This document shows, one piece after another, positions 1 through 8,297 of a DNA stretch of 64,000 bases. A model generated the notes under the pieces. That model did not search any database. It saw nothing but the letters and a program-made list of their open reading frames with translations, and was not told the origin of the DNA. Made by a program: the position numbers and the translations under genes. The stretch's first letter is position 1. Every line of letters starts with the position of its first letter. This stretch comes from Phenylobacterium sp. (GTDB lineage: Bacteria > Pseudomonadota > Alphaproteobacteria > Caulobacterales > Caulobacteraceae), in assembly GCF_035276905.1 (NCBI RefSeq), contig NZ_DATELG010000107.1:290-64289 (forward strand), given 5' to 3'.

Positions 1-1302
1 CGCTTCCATCCGTCCGATTTTCGGGTGCGCTCGCTGGACGGGGTGGCCGACGACTGGCCGATCGACTACGCCACGCTCGAGCCCTTCTACGCCGAAAACG
101 ACCGGATGATGGGCGTTTCAGGGCTCGCAGGCGATCCCGCTTACCCGCCGAAGACGCCATTGATGCCGCCCCTGCCCCTGGGACGGTCGGGCATGACGCT
201 GGCGAAGGGGTTCAACGCGCTCGACTGGCACTGGTGGCCCTCGGATTCGACCATCGCCACGCGCGAATACGAGGGCCGGCCGGCCTGCATCAACCTCGGC
301 CTTTGCACCGGCGGCTGCGCGCAGGGCGCCAAGGGCAGCGCCGACGTCACCTATTGGCCGGCCGCGGTTCGCGCCGGCGTCGAAGTGCGCACCCGCTCGC
401 GGGTCAGCCACGTGGAGTGCGACAAGGACGGATTTGCGACCGGGGTCGTCTATTTCGACGCCGACGGGCAGGAACATTTTCAACCCGCCGAACTCGTCAT
501 CATGGCCTGCAACGGGGTCGGCACGCCCCGCATCCTGCTCAATTCCACCTCCGGCCGCTTCCCGACCGGCTTGGCCAATTCCAGCGGCCTGGTCGGCAGG
601 AACCTCATGTTCCATCCTTGCGCCTACATTGTCGGCATCTTCGAGGAAGAGCAGGACGGCTACCGCGGGCCGCACAACTGGTTCGCCAGCCAGGAATTCT
701 ACGAGACCGACGTCCGCCGGGGCTTCGTGCGAGGCTATACGCTGGAGGGCAATCGCGGCAGCGGGCCGGTCAGGACGGCCGTGGACGCGCTGGCCGCGGG
801 TTTGGCGCCGTTGGGCGAAGGCCATCACGAGGCCTTTCGCCGCCTGTTCAACCGCACTACCGCGCTGCTCGTCATCGGCGAGGATCTGCCGGAGCCGCAC
901 AACCGGGTCACGCTCGATCCTGTGCTCAAGGACGCCAACGGCATCCCCGCGCCGAAGATCAACTACACGCTGAGCGAGAACAGCTGGCGTATGCTGGAGC
1001 ACGGCCGGGACCGCGCCGTCGAGGCGCTGCGCGCCGCCGGCGCCGTCGACATCGCCGTCCAAATGCCGATCGAGCCGAGCGGCTGGCACCTGATGGGCAC
1101 GGCCCGCATGGGCCTCGATCCAGAGCGCTCGGTCGTCAACGCCTGGGGCCGAGCCCATGACGTGAAGAACCTCTTCATCATCGACGGCAGTATTTTCGTG
1201 ACCTCGGCGGGCGTGAACCCGACCCCGACGATTCAGGCGCTGGCGCTCTACATCGCCGACGCCATCAAGCAGCGCCTCGCCTCGGCGACCCTCTTCGATT
1301 GA
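1..1302 (+). CDS. GMC-family FAD oxidoreductase, C-terminal part (5' end outside window)
   Basis: Frame-1 ORF is open from base 1 to the TGA at 1300-1302. It shows the GMC C-terminal pattern (...SGWHLMGTARMG...IIDGSIFVTSAGVNPTPTIQALALY...), as in gluconate-2-dehydrogenase-type flavoprotein subunits. Confidence 0.85.
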   Translation, partial: RFHPSDFRVRSLDGVADDWPIDYATLEPFYAENDRMMGVSGLAGDPAYPPKTPLMPPLPLGRSGMTLAKGFNALDWHWWPSDSTIATREYEGRPACINLGLCTGGCAQGAKGSADVTYWPAAVRAGVEVRTRSRVSHVECDKDGFATGVVYFDADGQEHFQPAELVIMACNGVGTPRILLNSTSGRFPTGLANSSGLVGRNLMFHPCAYIVGIFEEEQDGYRGPHNWFASQEFYETDVRRGFVRGYTLEGNRGSGPVRTAVDALAAGLAPLGEGHHEAFRRLFNRTTALLVIGEDLPEPHNRVTLDPVLKDANGIPAPKINYTLSENSWRMLEHGRDRAVEALRAAGAVDIAVQMPIEPSGWHLMGTARMGLDPERSVVNAWGRAHDVKNLFIIDGSIFVTSAGVNPTPTIQALALYIADAIKQRLASATLFD

Positions 1303-1310
1303 GCCCCCGA

Positions 1311-1742
1311 ATGGAAACCCCCACTCAAGCCGACCTGGAGCTGCTGCGGCGGATCGTCGGCCGCATGATCCCCGGCAGCGCCCGCTACCAGCTGCCCGGC
1401 GCGGACGATCCGGCCATCTTCGGCGAGGTCGCGGCGATGCTGCGAGCGCGGCCCGTGCCGGTGGGCGCGCTGGTGCAGGCGGCGACGGAGGACAAGCTCG
1501 GCGATCGGACGGCCGCCGCCGACCAAGCGCTGTTCGCCTGCCTGCGCGAGGCCGATGCGGATGCGTTCGCCGGGCTGACCCTGGCGCTCGCCCAGTGCTA
1601 CTACCGGGACGATCGGGTCATGCGAGCGCTCGACATGGAGCCTCGGCCGCCGTTTCCCAAGGGCTACGAGGTTGCGGAGGGCGACTGGTCGTTGCTCGAA
1701 CCGGTCAAGCGTCGCAGCCCGCTCTGGCGGCCCCCCTCCTGA
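1311..1742 (+). CDS. small hypothetical protein, possible accessory subunit of the upstream GMC oxidoreductase
   Basis: 143-aa ORF with ATG at 1311 (TTG 1299 is an alternative), 8 nt after the GMC stop. The motif RMIPGSARYQLPGADDP resembles the signature of gluconate 2-dehydrogenase subunit-3-like proteins. This assignment is by recollection only. Confidence 0.45.
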   Translation: METPTQADLELLRRIVGRMIPGSARYQLPGADDPAIFGEVAAMLRARPVPVGALVQAATEDKLGDRTAAADQALFACLREADADAFAGLTLALAQCYYRDDRVMRALDMEPRPPFPKGYEVAEGDWSLLEPVKRRSPLWRPPS

Positions 1743-1756
1743 TTCCTCCGGAACCC

Positions 1757-2245
1757 CTATTGGGGTCCGCGGAACTCGCCCGACTTCAGCGCCGCGGTCT
1801 TTGCCGGATGGATCGCGCCCGGCGAGGCCATCACCCGCAGCCGCTCGATGCGGCGCCAGATGAACAGCCACTGGCCGTCCCGTTTCACATACTTCTCATG
1901 ATAGAAGCCGAAGCCGTGCAGCCAGTGGTCGGCGTCCCCCTGCTTCCAGAAGTGCTGGTCCTCCAGGTACCATCGGCCTGACGCGGTGTCGCGCGTGTGG
2001 ATGGTGATGTCGGGCGTGTGCGACAGGTGGATGATGTCGACGTGGCCGATGTCCTCGCGCAGATGCCGGACCATGTCCTCGCGCGTCCAGGGCGCGTAAC
2101 CATCGTTGACCGACTGGTGATCCGGCGCGTGCAGCGCGGTGTAGGTGTCCCAGTCCTTCAGGTCGACCGCCCGGTCCCGGCGCGACTTGAGCTTCTTGAT
2201 CTCCTCGATCGCGATCAGCTTTTCCAGATCCGAAAGCTCTTCCAT
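1757..2245 (-). CDS. NTF2/SnoaL-like fold protein
   Basis: 162-aa ORF with an AGGAG upstream that overlaps the stop of the preceding gene. Size and pattern (IEEIKKLKSRRDRAVDLKDWDTYTALHAPDH...GRWYLEDQHFW...GFYHEKYVKRDGQWLF) are typical of SnoaL_4/NTF2 cone-fold proteins. Confidence 0.7.
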   Translation of the reverse strand: MEELSDLEKLIAIEEIKKLKSRRDRAVDLKDWDTYTALHAPDHQSVNDGYAPWTREDMVRHLREDIGHVDIIHLSHTPDITIHTRDTASGRWYLEDQHFWKQGDADHWLHGFGFYHEKYVKRDGQWLFIWRRIERLRVMASPGAIHPAKTAALKSGEFRGPQ

Positions 2246-2258
2246 GAGATCGTGGCTC

Positions 2259-3140
2259 CTAGATGCGATAGACCCGCTCGGCGGTCGCGCCGAACAGCAT
2301 GGCCGCCTCGTCTTCCGTTCGGTCGGCGGCCACCGCCTCGAACACGGTCAGCAGTTCCCCGAAGCTGCTGTAGACGAGGTCGACGGGGAAGTTGCTGCCG
2401 AACATGCAGCGCTCGGCGCCGAACAGGCCGATGCAGGCGTCGAAGTAACGCCGGTGAATATCCACATCCGTGCGGTGCACGAACATTGGCAGGCCGGACA
2501 GCTTCACATGCGCAAGCGGCGCCGCCGCAAGCTCCGCCATTTCCTGTCGCCAGCAATGGAAGGTGTCCAGGTCGTCAGCGAGCGGCCAGCCCGTATGCTC
2601 CAGCACCACCACCAGCCCGTCATGGCGGCGCAACGCCCCGGCGAGCGCGGCGATCCCGCCGCCTGGGTGGGCCACGGCGTCATAGACGAGCTTGCGCTCG
2701 GCGAGCGCGCGCATGGCCGCGTCCGCCGCCGGGCTGGCGTAGTCGAGGCCGCCGAGGAAGCGGGCGCCCCGATAGAGCGGGTCGCGCATCTCCCGGTCCA
2801 GGATCGCGGCCGTCTCGGCGGCCGAAGCCGCCGCGTCGAACGTACCGACGATGGCGGTGGGAAGACCACGCTCTTTCGCGATCTGCGAGATCCAACGGCT
2901 CTCGGCCTCGACATGCGCGGCCGGACCGACCGCCGTCACATGCACGGTCTTGACGACCTCGACGTCGGCCAGCACGGCGAGATAGTCGTCCAGCACGAAG
3001 GGATCCGGGAACGCCCTCGGCAGGGCCAGGTTCAGGCCGAAATCGTCGCCCCCGGGCGCCGGGAAGGCGTACCAGTCGTTCCTGGCCGAATCCCAAAGAT
3101 GCATGTGAGCGTCAACGAACCGGCGCCTGGTCTTGCTCAA
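2259..3140 (-). CDS. amidohydrolase-2 family metal-dependent hydrolase
   Basis: 293-aa ORF with a TTG start preceded by GGGGAGG. The N-terminal FVDAHMHLWD (HxH metal ligands) is typical of the amidohydrolase_2 family. Confidence 0.8.
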   Translation of the reverse strand: MSKTRRRFVDAHMHLWDSARNDWYAFPAPGGDDFGLNLALPRAFPDPFVLDDYLAVLADVEVVKTVHVTAVGPAAHVEAESRWISQIAKERGLPTAIVGTFDAAASAAETAAILDREMRDPLYRGARFLGGLDYASPAADAAMRALAERKLVYDAVAHPGGGIAALAGALRRHDGLVVVLEHTGWPLADDLDTFHCWRQEMAELAAAPLAHVKLSGLPMFVHRTDVDIHRRYFDACIGLFGAERCMFGSNFPVDLVYSSFGELLTVFEAVAADRTEDEAAMLFGATAERVYRI

Positions 3141-3251
3141 GTCCGCCTCCCCTGTTGTTGCATCTTATGACCGCCGCGTTCGTCTGCGCGGCGCGCGGTC
3201 CGCCGAGATCCCGGCGGCGGGGGCGGGCACGTCGCCCCCGCCGCCTGGCGA

Positions 3252-4664
3252 CTAGGCCGGCACCGCCGCGGCCTGCTTCAGCCAGCCGGCCGGACGCAGC
3301 TGCGGAACGAGCTCGACCGTCGAGTCCGCCAGCGGCGGGGCGCCGCCGCACTCGCGACGCAGCGCCGGCGTCACCTCTTCGGCGAAGGCCTGCATCTGGT
3401 CCTCGATCTCACGCGACTCGAAACCGGCGATCTCGAAGTCGAGATTGACCGCGAAGTCCTCGTAGCCGCAGGATTCCTTGATGCGCATGATGCCCTCGAT
3501 GATCTTGTCGGGCGGACCGCCGAGCGCCAGCTCCTTCTGCTGCACGATGTCCGGCGTGATGCGGGTCGTGGCCGGCCACAGCGGCTCGTCCGCCTCGGCC
3601 AGGATCGCGGCGAAGCCGAACGGGCCGTAGTAGTCCCATCCGTGCTGCAGGCCGCGTTCCCAGCGCTTCTTGTCGCCGAGCCCCGGCATCTCGATGTGGA
3701 TCCAGCGCGCCGGCACGATGCCGCGCCGCTTCTCGGCGTCCCACCCGTACTTGAACGCGCCGCGGTTCTTGTAATCGGGGAAGCCCAGCCGCTCGGCTTC
3801 CTTGTGATAGATCTCGATGTTGCGCTTCAGCCGGCTGTTGTTCTCCGCGAAGAACTGGCCGTTGATGCCTTTCTGCGCGCCCAGCTTGATCGTGCGGTCG
3901 CTGGTCATCGGCATCCAGATCTGCGGATGCGGCCGCTGAAGGGTCTGCGGGAAGACGCTGAGCTCCTTGAGCCGGGTGGTGGTCGCCACGACCGGGTTGC
4001 CGCCGGAATAGAAGTCGGGTCCGCCCATCGCCAGCACGTCCTCGAGAGCCCGCCCGGCGTTGGCTTCGCTGAAGAAGGCGATGGACTGGGTGTGGAACCA
4101 CTTGGTGTAGCTCGGGGGAATCGACAGGTTTTCGCCATGATGGCTGAACGAATCCTGCGTCCAGCACTTCATCAGGACTTCATAGGCCTCTTCGAAGAAG
4201 GAGCGGTTCCGTTCCTGGTCCTGGATCGTCGCGCCGAAGTTGCGGCCCAAGATCTCCACTTCGCGCGGCTGGTAGCCGCGGCCCACGCCCATTTCGCAGC
4301 GACCGCCGCTGACGATGTCGAGCATGGCGACCTGTTCGGCCAGACGGACCGGATGGTGCTGGGTGATGACGTTGGTGGCCTGGCCGAGGCGGATCCGCTT
4401 CGTGAGCATGGCGATCGCCATCTCGCTCTGCACCGGGTTGGGGCTGAACTCGGCGCCTTCGACCTGGAAGTGGTGCTCGGTCTGCCAGAAGGTGTCGTAG
4501 CCGAGCTTGTCGGCCAGCACGCCCTGCCGGATCGTCGCGACGATGCCGCGCATGCAGGACTCGTGGACCGCCCGCAGATCACCCTTTGGAATGACGACGC
4601 CGTCCTTGCCCTCCTTCAGAGGAAGGTCGATCCCGCCGTTATGAAAAACGCCGATGTCAATCAT
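3252..4664 (-). CDS. LLM-class (luciferase-like) flavin-dependent oxidoreductase/monooxygenase
   Basis: 470-aa ORF with the pattern ...LGYDTFWQTEHHF...RIRLGQATNVITQHHPVRLAEQVAMLDIVSGGRCEMGVGRGY..., characteristic of luciferase-like monooxygenases. Confidence 0.85.
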   Translation of the reverse strand: MIDIGVFHNGGIDLPLKEGKDGVVIPKGDLRAVHESCMRGIVATIRQGVLADKLGYDTFWQTEHHFQVEGAEFSPNPVQSEMAIAMLTKRIRLGQATNVITQHHPVRLAEQVAMLDIVSGGRCEMGVGRGYQPREVEILGRNFGATIQDQERNRSFFEEAYEVLMKCWTQDSFSHHGENLSIPPSYTKWFHTQSIAFFSEANAGRALEDVLAMGGPDFYSGGNPVVATTTRLKELSVFPQTLQRPHPQIWMPMTSDRTIKLGAQKGINGQFFAENNSRLKRNIEIYHKEAERLGFPDYKNRGAFKYGWDAEKRRGIVPARWIHIEMPGLGDKKRWERGLQHGWDYYGPFGFAAILAEADEPLWPATTRITPDIVQQKELALGGPPDKIIEGIMRIKESCGYEDFAVNLDFEIAGFESREIEDQMQAFAEEVTPALRRECGGAPPLADSTVELVPQLRPAGWLKQAAAVPA

Positions 4665-4847
4665 AGCTTGTCCCGCTCACGCCGGCCGGGCTCGGCCAAG
4701 GAGTCCGGCCTGGGCGAAAATCGCCTCCCCACTGCGACCATGTTCTGCTTATGCGCCCCGGGGGAATGCTGGCGCGCATGCTCGGGATACAGAACGCGCG
4801 TGTTCTGCCCGCAATAGAGCCAGTATCTGCTTTGGCCGAAGCGGGGT

Positions 4848-4889
4848 CCAATAGGTAAGCGCCGGGGACCAATAGCGATTACCTATTGG
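4848..4889. repeat. 11-bp perfect inverted repeat CCAATAGGTAA-N20-TTACCTATTGG
   Basis: Read directly: CCAATAGGTAA at 4848-4858 and TTACCTATTGG at 4879-4889, with a third half-site copy CCAATAG at 4869-4875. It lies between the Rieske gene stop and the LLM gene start. Confidence 0.6.
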
Positions 4890-4935
4890 CGGAAAGGTCG
4901 TCGCCGCAGCCCTCGTCGCTTGCAGCGCCGGATCC

Positions 4936-5038
4936 CTAGACCATTCGCCGCCGAAGTGGAGGCCGGTTCGGCGCAGCGAATGGTCTAACTTCAAAAACTT
5001 ATGAGCGTTCGGCGGTTCATTCGAGCCGCCGAACGCTC
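4936..5038 (-). repeat. 103-bp two-hairpin intergenic repeat, copy A (inverted relative to copy B at 16818-16920)
   Basis: The reverse complement aligns with 16818-16920 over the full length, with about 14 mismatches and 2 single-nt indels by hand. It has two long stem-loops: GAGCGTTCGGCGG...CCGCCGAACGCTC and AGACCATTCGC...GCGAATGGTCT. It abuts the TAG stop of the Rieske gene. Confidence 0.85.
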
Positions 5039-6426
5039 TAGCTCTGCTCCGCCTCGCCACGGGCGATGTAGGCGTCGATCATCCGGTGCAGATTGCGGCA
5101 CCGGATCTCCGAATAGCGCGAGAAGTTGACGGGCCGCTCGCCGAGCGCCCGCAGTCCCTCCTGGGTAGGCGCCATATTTCCCTCGTCCTGATCGTAGACG
5201 CCGGCCAGGTAGCTGAGCTCGTGGAACGCCTCGCTCCACTTCTCGTCGGGCCCCAGGGTGCGCAACTGCGCCGGCGGCGGCTTCGGCTGGTCAATCGGAG
5301 AAAGCTTGTAGAGGAAGACCTCGAGCAGGGTCTTCTCATGCTCCAAACCGACAGGCCGGAACCGATAGGAGATCTTGGTGGCGAGGCTGCCCCACAGGTG
5401 GAAGTTCGGAAACAGGTCGTGGGACACGCCGTCGAGAAAATCGGCGTCGCAGCGATCGGAGAGATCCCGGCCGGTCCGCGTCTCCAGGTTGGCCCGTCCG
5501 ATGCTCGCCAGGTACTGCCGCTCGGGAACGGCGCCGTCGAAGACGCCCTCGGCGGCGCCCGCCTTATTGCCGTTCCGGGTGGCCGCCTCGAGGATCTGAG
5601 CGGGGGTCAGCTCGGGCCCCTCGTACAACAGCCCCGGATAGCCGTGCGGCGAGATCGCGCGCGTGACATGATCCGACAGCACGTCGTACTGCGCATTGGC
5701 GTCGGGGGTGTAGGCGGAGACCTGCGGGTGGGTCACGCCGACGTGGTGGTTCTCCAGGAACGCCTCGCAGACCACCTTCCAGTTCGCCGGGATGACCTTC
5801 GCGACGTGGGCGGCCTTGTAGCACTCGTCGATCTTCCAGTAGGCCATGTGCCGCGGCAGAGGATCGGCGATCTCCTCGAACGGCCGCGCGCCCAGGTCGA
5901 AGTTGACGAAGACGAACCCCGCCCACCTGGCGACCCGCGCCTCGCCCAGACCGAAGGTCTTTGGCTCGATCTGCGGGAAGTCCCAGATCACCGGCCCTGG
6001 GCGGAAGCTGCCGTCCAGCTCCCAGGTGAAGCCGTGGTAGGGACAGCGGAAGGCCGTCTTGCAGCCGCCCTGCGTGGCGATCTTGCGGCCGCGGTGCAGG
6101 CAGACGTTCTCGAACGCCCGAACCGAGCCGTCATGCTGGCGCGCCACCAGCAGAGATCGACCGACCAGGTCGAAGACATAGGTGTCGCCGGGGCTGGGAA
6201 TCTCTTCTTCCCGGCAGGCGTATTGCCAGGTCTTGAGGAAGACGTGCTCGACTTCCTTCTTGAAGAAGGCCGGGTCGGTGTAGCGGCGGGCGCTATAGGG
6301 CTCGACGCCGAGGTCGACGATCCGATGCTCGCGCATGATGTCCGAGACCGGCCGCGTCTTCTCGTCCTCGTCGAGGATCTCCTGGTAGCTCGGGCCCTCC
6401 CAGGCCTCGACCGGGCTTCGTTTCAT
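5038..6426 (-). CDS. Rieske [2Fe-2S] non-heme iron oxygenase, alpha subunit
   Basis: Rieske motif CLHRGRKIATQGGCKTAFRCPYHGFTW and mononuclear-iron motif ENHHVGVTH. I chose ATG 6426 (MKRSPVEAW...), giving 462 aa. The longer ORF to 6528 has an R/A/P-rich extension. Confidence 0.9.
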   Translation of the reverse strand: MKRSPVEAWEGPSYQEILDEDEKTRPVSDIMREHRIVDLGVEPYSARRYTDPAFFKKEVEHVFLKTWQYACREEEIPSPGDTYVFDLVGRSLLVARQHDGSVRAFENVCLHRGRKIATQGGCKTAFRCPYHGFTWELDGSFRPGPVIWDFPQIEPKTFGLGEARVARWAGFVFVNFDLGARPFEEIADPLPRHMAYWKIDECYKAAHVAKVIPANWKVVCEAFLENHHVGVTHPQVSAYTPDANAQYDVLSDHVTRAISPHGYPGLLYEGPELTPAQILEAATRNGNKAGAAEGVFDGAVPERQYLASIGRANLETRTGRDLSDRCDADFLDGVSHDLFPNFHLWGSLATKISYRFRPVGLEHEKTLLEVFLYKLSPIDQPKPPPAQLRTLGPDEKWSEAFHELSYLAGVYDQDEGNMAPTQEGLRALGERPVNFSRYSEIRCRNLHRMIDAYIARGEAEQS

Positions 6427-6537
6427 GGCGCGCCCCCGGATGGCGGCCGGGGCGGTTCCCGGCGAGGGGTCAAGGTCGTCATTTGCACTCGCCACTCCTT
6501 CTGCCCGAGGACGCCAGGCCCGGCGCAATCCTCAAGC

Positions 6538-7920
6538 TCACGCGTCAAAGGCGGCTCTGCTGGTGAGCTCCCGCAGCGAGCCCAGGCTCTCGAACCGCCG
6601 CACGAGGCCGACGATCTCCTTGGACCGGCCATCGCCCAGTATGGGCGCCACCAGGCTATGGAACTTGGCCTCGAGGTCCGCCCACTGCCGGGAAAGCGCC
6701 TCGTCCGGGCGGGGCTCGAAGATGTTGACGCAAGCCTCGTGCGTCTCGCCGTTCTTGAGGCGCACGGTCACCTCCGTCGGCATCGACATGTGCGGCAGGC
6801 GCGCGACGGGGGTGACCTTCACAAGCTCACGCACCGCGGTCAGGCGGGGGTCCTGGACGCGCGCGTCCGTGAACGCGTCCGGCCCGGTGTCGCTGTCGGT
6901 CAGGGCCAGCGCCGTGGCGTAGCGGACGCTGAACATCCCTTCCATGGCGGTCTTCGGCTCGGCGATCCCGCACACGCCTGGCAGCAGCTCGCAGACGACG
7001 AGCTCGACCTCCTCGACGTCATCAACGGTGAAAGGCCGCCTGGCCTTGATCGCGCGAACCCCGTCGATCGCCGAGTGCGTGCCGCCGCAGGCGGCGTGAA
7101 GCTTGAACATGATGCCCTCCACGCCCAGCCGCTCCTCCAGGAAGGCGCCGGGGCGGGAGGGATCGAAGTGCGCCTGGGTCCCGCTCATCGCATTGGCGAA
7201 GCCCTGGGGATGCTCGATCACGTCGGTCGGGCCGACGAATCCGGCCTCGGCCAACCGCGCCGACAGCACTCCGGCTGCAGCCGCGTTGCCGGCGTTCAGG
7301 TGCTTGCACATCGTGCCGAAGCCCGCCCGAAGGCCGGACGCCTGCATGCCGGCGATCCCCAGCGCCCACTGCTGGCGCAGGGGGTCCAGCTTGAGCAGCC
7401 GCCCGACCGCGGCGGCGGCGCCGAACGCGCCGAAGGTGCCGGTGCAGTGAAACCCCCGCGCATAGGAGTCGTCGGTCACCGCGGCCATGAGCAGCTTCAG
7501 GGTCTCGTACCCCCGCAGGATCGCTTGCAGCGTGTCCTGCCCGCTCGCGTCGATCTCTTCGGCCACGGCGAACGCCGCTGGAAGCACGACCACGGAAGGA
7601 TGCATCAGCATCCCCATGTCGTCGAAGTCCTGAGAGTGGCTCGCGACGCCCGTGACCAGCGCGGCCTGCCGCGCGGTCATTCGATGGGGGGAGCCGGGCA
7701 CTTGCGCGACCGGATCGCCGCCCTCCGCCTCCAGCACGCTGATGGCGGCCGCGGTCGAAGGCTGGCGCGATCCTGAGATCGTCACCCCAAGCCAATCCAG
7801 GACCGCGTGGCGAGTTCGCTCCAGGACCCTCTCGGGCAGCGTCCGCGAGGCGATCGCACTGGCTTCCGAGACCAATTGCGCCGTAAAGCCGCTCGAGACC
7901 TTCGCCGCACCGTCCGCCAT
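6538..7920 (-). CDS. MmgE/PrpD family protein (2-methylcitrate dehydratase-like)
   Basis: 460 aa from ATG 7920, preceded by GAGGAA. Family pattern: ...RTRHAVLDWLGVTISG...GFHCTGTFGAFGAAAAVGRLLKLD.... Confidence 0.85.
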   Translation of the reverse strand: MADGAAKVSSGFTAQLVSEASAIASRTLPERVLERTRHAVLDWLGVTISGSRQPSTAAAISVLEAEGGDPVAQVPGSPHRMTARQAALVTGVASHSQDFDDMGMLMHPSVVVLPAAFAVAEEIDASGQDTLQAILRGYETLKLLMAAVTDDSYARGFHCTGTFGAFGAAAAVGRLLKLDPLRQQWALGIAGMQASGLRAGFGTMCKHLNAGNAAAAGVLSARLAEAGFVGPTDVIEHPQGFANAMSGTQAHFDPSRPGAFLEERLGVEGIMFKLHAACGGTHSAIDGVRAIKARRPFTVDDVEEVELVVCELLPGVCGIAEPKTAMEGMFSVRYATALALTDSDTGPDAFTDARVQDPRLTAVRELVKVTPVARLPHMSMPTEVTVRLKNGETHEACVNIFEPRPDEALSRQWADLEAKFHSLVAPILGDGRSKEIVGLVRRFESLGSLRELTSRAAFDA

Positions 7921-7943
7921 GGGTTCCTCACTTCCAATCGACA

Positions 7944-8190
7944 TTAGATCAGCCTTCCGGCGAGGTGCGGCAACCGCCACGCCTCATCAAGCTTCGGCGA
8001 GCTCCGTCGCCAGACACCGGCGTCGCGGCCGTCGATAGCGGCCCGCCCCGTCGCGTATCCAGCGACCGCCTTGCCCGCAATTGGAAAGGCCCTGCGTCGC
8101 TGCAGAATTCACCATCGTGATTGTCGTCGTCAGAGGGCCTTGTCGGGCGGCGAGCGGATAGTCGGATGGTTCAATTCAAATTTAGATCAG
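7944..8190. promoter_or_regulatory. divergent promoter region with direct repeat TTAGATCAG (7944-7952 and 8182-8190) and ATTCAAAT box (8174-8181)
   Basis: Read directly in the 377-bp gap between the divergent MmgE/PrpD and acyl-CoA dehydrogenase genes. Confidence 0.35.
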
Positions 8191-8297
8191 TGTATCGCCA
8201 CAGTCGTTGGGGCGCGCATGGAGCGTCGCTGCGCCTGACGACCGTGCGCGGCTGGGCCACCGTCGGCGCCGGCGCAACCCGTTGGTACACGGCAGGG

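Noticed and set aside
5086-7776. 896-aa plus-strand ORF spanning the region of the Rieske and MmgE/PrpD genes
   Set aside because: It runs antisense to two genes with clear family motifs. Its translation is dominated by R/A/G/P/L with no recognisable domain. This is the typical long shadow ORF of GC-rich DNA.
8121-8297. 59-codon upstream extension of the first ACAD ORF, and the 8594-9418 part of the 667-aa ORF preceding the second ACAD
   Set aside because: The extensions are R/G/A-rich, lack ACAD similarity and overlap the true frame of the neighbouring gene. The internal starts (ATG 8298 and GTG 9419 in a GTGA overlap) give normal-length ACADs.
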